From: Octopus vulgaris
Lineage: Eukaryota
Assembly (NCBI GenBank): GCA_951406725.2
Contig: OX597819.1
Span: 27,218,001 to 27,282,000 of the forward strand
Direction: 5' to 3'
Length of the DNA stretch: 64,000 bases
Shown here one piece after another: positions 58,301 to 64,000 of the stretch. The notes beneath the pieces were generated by a model that saw only the letters and a program-made list of their open reading frames with translations, was not told the origin of the DNA and did no database searches. The translations under genes were made by a program, and so were the position numbers. Numbering within the stretch: position 1 is the first letter of the stretch; each line of letters starts with the position of its first letter.

Positions 58301-58465
58301 GTGTTTACATAGTTATAGTGTGTTACATTGTTTACGTATGTGTGGGTGTATGTGCTCTCGGCCGTTTCAGTTGGTCTGCGCCGATGCACACTCGTTTTAT
58401 TTCTAGTGCTAGTTACATTAAGCTCCTCTGTGTGTGTGTATGTGTGTGTGTGTGCATGTTTGTAT

Positions 58466-58517
<52 letters not shown>

Positions 58518-59549
58518 ATGTATGTATATGTGCAATGTATGTATCTATTTATATCGATAGACAGCTAGATATACATTATATACATACACACAGACACATA
58601 CACACACACTCATACATACATGCATACATACATACATACATACATACATACATACATACATACATACATACATACATACATACATACATACATAATTTTC
58701 GGTCTTTTCTTGTGTCTATTGCCATTCTCAAATCTGCCAAATTTCCTTTCCTCCTTGACTCTGCTGCAGCTAACAAGTGAAAGACAAGCTGTAGACTAGT
58801 TACCAATTCTACAGACCTAATAAAGCTGCGGAACTTGATAGTTTCTATTGACCAATTCCACAGCAAGTCTTTGTATTATCAAATGTAAACCACTTCTGAT
58901 CTCTTGTGAAAGAAAAAGCCAATAGTATCTTGTCAATAAGAGTCTAGTGAAAGAAGCACTTTGGATATTGGTAAGAATTGTAGCAGACTTAGGAATGTCA
59001 GGAATGTACCCTAAAGACAACCCTCCAGCCATTACCAAACACTAATATTATCACTAGCATTATCAGCAACATGGACATCACTAACAGCGTTTGATTAACA
59101 TGGACACCAGCATAAGAAATATTAAGCAAACTGATTGCAAAAATGTCGATGTTTTGGTCATTTACTAAACTGTATTTAGCGATAAGCAATTAAATAGATT
59201 AGTAATTGCTCGAAGGATGAACTAATGTAATCAATAACTAAATGGACAAGGGGTGTGTGGTGTGGTGTGGTGTGGTGTGGTGGGTTTCGAGTTTGGGGTT
59301 TGGGGTTTTAGACTTTTAGCTTAAGGGTCGAGTCTTGGGGTGAGGGGTGGGGTGAGGGGTGGGGTGGGGTATGAATCATATAAGTGAATCTTCAACAAAC
59401 TCTATCAGAAGAAATAAAAAAGAGAGGATGGAATTGTCGGACATGTCGCGCACTAAAATCAGTTAATTATGCATGAGTGAAATATTTAGATTTGCAGAAG
59501 CAAGATAATCACAACAACAACAACAACAACAACAACAATAATAATGATG

Positions 59550-59760
59550 ATTTCAAATTTTTGGCACAAAGCCAGCAATTTCGGAGGTGGAGCCTAAGTC
59601 GATAGCATCAACTTTAGTGCTCAACTGCTATTCATTTTAACGACCATGAAGGAATGAAAGGCAAAGTCGACCTCGGCGGCACTTGAACTCAGAACGTAAA
59701 GACAGACGAAATGCTGCTAAGCAGTTTCTCAAACGCGTTAACGGTTCTGCGAGCTTACCA
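59550..59760 (-). mobile_element. SINE B (tail 2), diverged
   Basis: GGCAAAGTCGACCTCGGCGG...CAGACGAAATG on the plus strand. Confidence 0.75.
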
Positions 59761-59817
59761 ATTTAATAGTACGTATGTACATACATACATACATACATAC
59801 ATACATACATACATACA

Positions 59818-59851
<34 letters not shown>

Positions 59852-59910
59852 CATACATACATACATACATACATACATACATACATACATACATACACAT
59901 ACATACATAT

Positions 59911-59941
<31 letters not shown>

Positions 59942-59997
59942 CATACATACATATACATACATACATTCATACATACATACATACATACATACATACA

Positions 59998-60031
<34 letters not shown>

Positions 60032-60162
60032 CATACATACATATATACATACATACATACATACATACATACATACATACATACATACACATACATACAA
60101 ATACATATCTATATATCTATATCTATCTATCTATTTATCTCTCTATATATATATGTATGATA

Positions 60163-60317
60163 GGCGCAGGTGTGGCTGTGTGGTAAGTAGCATGCTTACC
60201 AACCACATGGTTCCAGTTTCAGTCCCACTGCGTGGCACCTTGGCCAAGTGTCTTCTATAGCCTCGGGCTGACCAAAGGATTTGGTAAGCGAAAATTGAAA
60301 GAAGCCCGTCATATATA

Positions 60318-60405
<88 letters not shown>

Positions 60406-60622
60406 TGTGTTTGTGTGTCTGTGTTTGTCCCCCACACACCATAGCTTGACAACCAGTGCTAGTGTATTTACGTCCCCATAACTTAGCGGTTCTGCAACAG
60501 AGACCATTAGAATAAGTACTAGGCTTACAAAGAATAAGTCCTGGGGTCGATTTGGTCGACTAAATGCGGTGCTCCAGCGTGACTGCAGTCAAATGACTGA
60601 AACAAGTAAAAGATTAAAAGAG
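60163..60622 (+). mobile_element. SINE A full-length
   Basis: Complete, with a long internal (TG)n. Confidence 0.9.
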
Positions 60623-60628
60623 TATATG

Positions 60629-60697
<69 letters not shown>

Positions 60698-60704
60698 GTA
60701 TGTA

Positions 60705-60826
60705 TTTTTTATTATTTTTTTTATTTTATCTAGTTTCAGCTCACGAGCTGTGGCCATGCTGGGCCACCGCCATTTTTTTTATATGGAACGCTTCACGAAT
60801 TTGCGTGTCATCTTTGCGCAGGGGCC

Positions 60827-60866
<40 letters not shown>

Positions 60867-60882
60867 ATTGCCGAAGCAATAC
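60705..60882 (-). mobile_element. U6 snRNA + LINE-type tail chimeric retrocopy (candidate U6-headed SINE)
   Basis: U6, then A8, then TGGCGGTGGCCCAGCATGGCCACAGCTCGTGAGCTGAAACTAG, then an A-rich tail, all inside (TA)n. Confidence 0.8.
60781..60882 (-). pseudogene. RNU6: U6 spliceosomal snRNA retro-pseudogene, full-length
   Basis: GTATTGCTTCGGCAATACATATACTAAAATTGGAACGATACAGAGAAGATTAGCATGGCCCCTGCGCAAAGATGACACGCAAATTCGTGAAGCGTTCCATAT. The ACAGAGA box and AGC triad are intact; there is no T-run terminator. Confidence 0.95.
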
Positions 60883-60999
60883 ATATATATATATATATAT
60901 ATATATAAATTTAAAATTAGGGTGAAAAATTAGATATTAATTTAATTAACATCGATTTCACACCAGTAGTCTAGCATATAAAAAAAATGAAGGTTCAGT

Positions 61000-61478
61000 A
61001 AAAGACATACATCATCTCGAAAGAGTCCAGAAGCTGGCTACCCGTATGGTTCTTGGTCTCAAGCATTTGTCTTATGAAGAAAGGCTGAAGACGCTCGACC
61101 TTTATTCTCTCGAAAAACGACGACGCCGTGGTGATCTCATTCTCGCTCACAACATCATAAGCGGAAAGTGTAGCCTCTCGAAAGAGCTGTTCTTCACTCC
61201 TGCTCCCGAGCGTGGGCTGCGGGGTCACTCCGAAAAGCTCTATCTACGACGATTTCATCTCAATCGAAGGAGATGGGCTTTCTCCGTCCGGGTTGCAGAT
61301 CCGTGGAATATGCTGCCGGACGAGATAGTGAAAATGCCGACGATCGCTCGGTTCAAAGTCTCTCTTGACCACAAATGGCCTGAACTCTTTGTATGACTAC
61401 CCTCCCTGTACATAACTCCCTGCTCCACTACATGGCCTTGCTTTTGCTTTTTAAGCCAATAAAAATTGAATTGAATTG

Positions 61479-61480
<2 letters not shown>
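61000..61480 (+). mobile_element. CR1-group LINE 3' end (ORF2 C-terminus + 3' UTR), 5'-truncated
   Basis: KDIHHLERVQKLATRMVLGLKHLSYEERLKTLDLYSLEKRRRRGDLI...RGH...FS.RV...WN.LP...FK..LD, stop at 61396, (TTGAA)n tail. Confidence 0.9.
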
Positions 61481-61548
<68 letters not shown>

Positions 61549-61935
61549 CTTCCCTTGTATGGTTATCCATCAAGCTGGTTGTCCATTTATTTTTTTGCTT
61601 TCTAAACGATGCGTACACTCACACACAGAAACAAACACAGATGTACAGAGCGAGAGAGAAGGAGAGAGCTAAATAGGGGGAAGAGAGAGAGAGAGAAGCA
61701 TGTACGCACACACTCTAACATATTTGGTTAGATGGAGATGGTAAAATACTTGATAATGTAAAGGTCATGGCGAGGAAAGCACAATAGAAATATCTATTTA
61801 AAAAAAATGTAGGAACCAACAAGCAGGAGCAGCACTCTTGAGGATTGATAAGTTAGAACGCTCTACGTGCAGACATCCGACTCTATATATATACGTATAC
61901 ATATGTGTGTGTATGTGTGTGTGTGTGTAAATACA

Positions 61936-61966
<31 letters not shown>

Positions 61967-62191
61967 TGTGTTACATGCATATATACATACGTGCATACTT
62001 TGTCAAAGGGATTCCCGTGCGACATCAACATGACAATAGTTCTCTTTGCTAGAAGTTAAATGACGCAATGTTGAATTTTCTACTCATCCTACCGAATTTC
62101 TTCCACTCTTCGTAGATATAATACATGCGCGTACATGTCTGTCTGTGTATCTGTGGGTGTGTATGTCGCGCATATACATACATATATATAC

Positions 62192-62282
<91 letters not shown>

Positions 62283-62594
62283 GTTTTATGCTATATGGTA
62301 ACACTATAAACAGTGGCTACAGATGGGAAAATACTTTCATTATAGAAGGAAGGCATTCATTTTAATTTTTTTTTTCTTGTAGTTAAAGGAATCGAAATAC
62401 TTTGAAAGCAAAAGGATAGAAACATTTCAAATGAATGAAAAAGATGTAGAACTATGTGTTACTTTTATATATTTATTCATATATCTTATTTATTACTAAG
62501 TTTTTTTTATTTATTTTTATCTTTTATCTATATTCCTTCTGCCCTTTTTTTTTCTTTACAAAGTTTCAGAATGAACGAAGTTTGCAAACTTGTA

Positions 62595-62650
<56 letters not shown>

Positions 62651-62740
62651 TTCTCTCACTCTCTCTACTCATTCTTTTTATGTCGCTTTCTCATGAATAT
62701 TGATTGTGTACATACATATATTCATACATGCAAACACGTT

Positions 62741-62831
<91 letters not shown>

Positions 62832-62996
62832 CTCCTGTTTCTGAAAAAGAGCTTTGTTCGAAAGGTAAAACCACCTTTCTTTCCTTCCCTGAGCAACTGC
62901 TAATACTTTGCATGTACCACGTGCTCGCGTTGTTGTTTTTTTTCTTGTGTTCGTTCTTCGTTTTAGGGGAATTTATATATATATACGCACACATGC

Positions 62997-63051
<55 letters not shown>

Positions 63052-63564
63052 TACACATGCACAACCGTATATAAGCGAGTTTGTGAGTGCGTGTATGTTT
63101 GTGTATGTGTGTGTGCGTACGTGTGTGTGTGTGTATGGCTCTGTGTATGTTGTACTGATGTACGTCTATCTAAATACACACATGTAAAGTCATCCACACG
63201 TGGGTATTGCTTTGCTCGTCGGATTCACAAACCGCAACCAACACCAATACCACACAACCAGCAATACCCCACAACAATCACCACCACCACCACATACCAC
63301 CACCATAACCACCTCACAACACTACCATCAACACACACATGTACCGCCATATATACCACCGCTATCATGTATTTTATTTTACATGCTTGAACAATGAGTG
63401 ATGATGATTCTCGTTAACTTATGGCCCGCTCATCAATCTGTCAAACGGTCGATATATTTCGGGAGTACCCGTTTTATATTTAAACAGATGAAGTTCCTCT
63501 CCAGGGACTGAAAAATCGATTTAACTGTAAATAGTAAAACAATTCTTGAAAATTCTGCGGAATA

Positions 63565-63726
63565 GGCGCAGGAGTGGCTGTGTGGTAAGTAGCTTGTTTA
63601 CCAACCACATGGTTCCGGGTTCAGTCCCACTGCGTGGCATCTTGGGCAAGTGTCTTCTACTATAGCCTTGGGCCGACCAATGCCTTGTGAGTGGATTTGG
63701 TAGACGGAAACTGAAAAGAAGCCCGT

Positions 63727-63772
<46 letters not shown>

Positions 63773-63993
63773 TGTGTGTGTTTGTGTGTCTGTGTTTGTC
63801 CCCCTCGCATTGCTTGACAACCGATACTGGTGTGTTTATGTCCCCATTACTTAGCGGTTCGGCAAAAGAGACCGATAAAATAAGTACTGGGCTTACAAAA
63901 GAATAAGTCCCGGAGTCGAGTTGCTCGATTAAAGGCGGTGCTCCAGCATGGCCGCAGTCAAATAACTGAAACAAGTAAAAGAGAGTAAAGAGT
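63565..63993 (+). mobile_element. SINE A full-length
   Basis: Complete head, body and tail. Confidence 0.9.
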
Positions 63994-64000
63994 ATACCTT

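Noticed and set aside
58695-59190. Possible exon or LINE fragment
   Set aside because: I could not identify a recognisable motif or a sustained reading frame.
60781-60882. Functional U6 gene
   Set aside because: It has no T-run terminator or PSE, carries a G>A change in the ISL region relative to canonical U6, and has a retro-tail attached.

Overview
AT-rich, repeat-saturated eukaryotic non-coding DNA. The SINE families and microsatellite density look like an octopus (coleoid cephalopod) genome; that assignment is from recognition, not a search. I found no convincing host protein-coding exon, and almost all listed ORFs are translations of microsatellites or SINEs. The window holds dozens of tRNA-headed SINEs in at least three modular families, here called A, B and C. 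It also holds mariner, maT, Tc1, Tc2/pogo and hAT DNA-transposon relics, a CR1-type LINE 3' end and a HERO/R2-type restriction-like-endonuclease LINE 3' end. There are Penelope-like fragments with atypical minimal hammerhead motifs and an intron-bearing tRNA-Lys(UUU) pseudogene. Three observations stand out. (1) A full-length U6 snRNA is fused through A8 to the same LINE-type 3' tail used by SINE A, with a co-varying stem-loop, which makes it a candidate U6-headed SINE. (2) SINE B copies are repeatedly joined at one exact hairpin-loop position inside other SINE B copies, in both orientations, which suggests a self-targeting retroelement. (3) Several hammerhead-like motifs have non-canonical cores.
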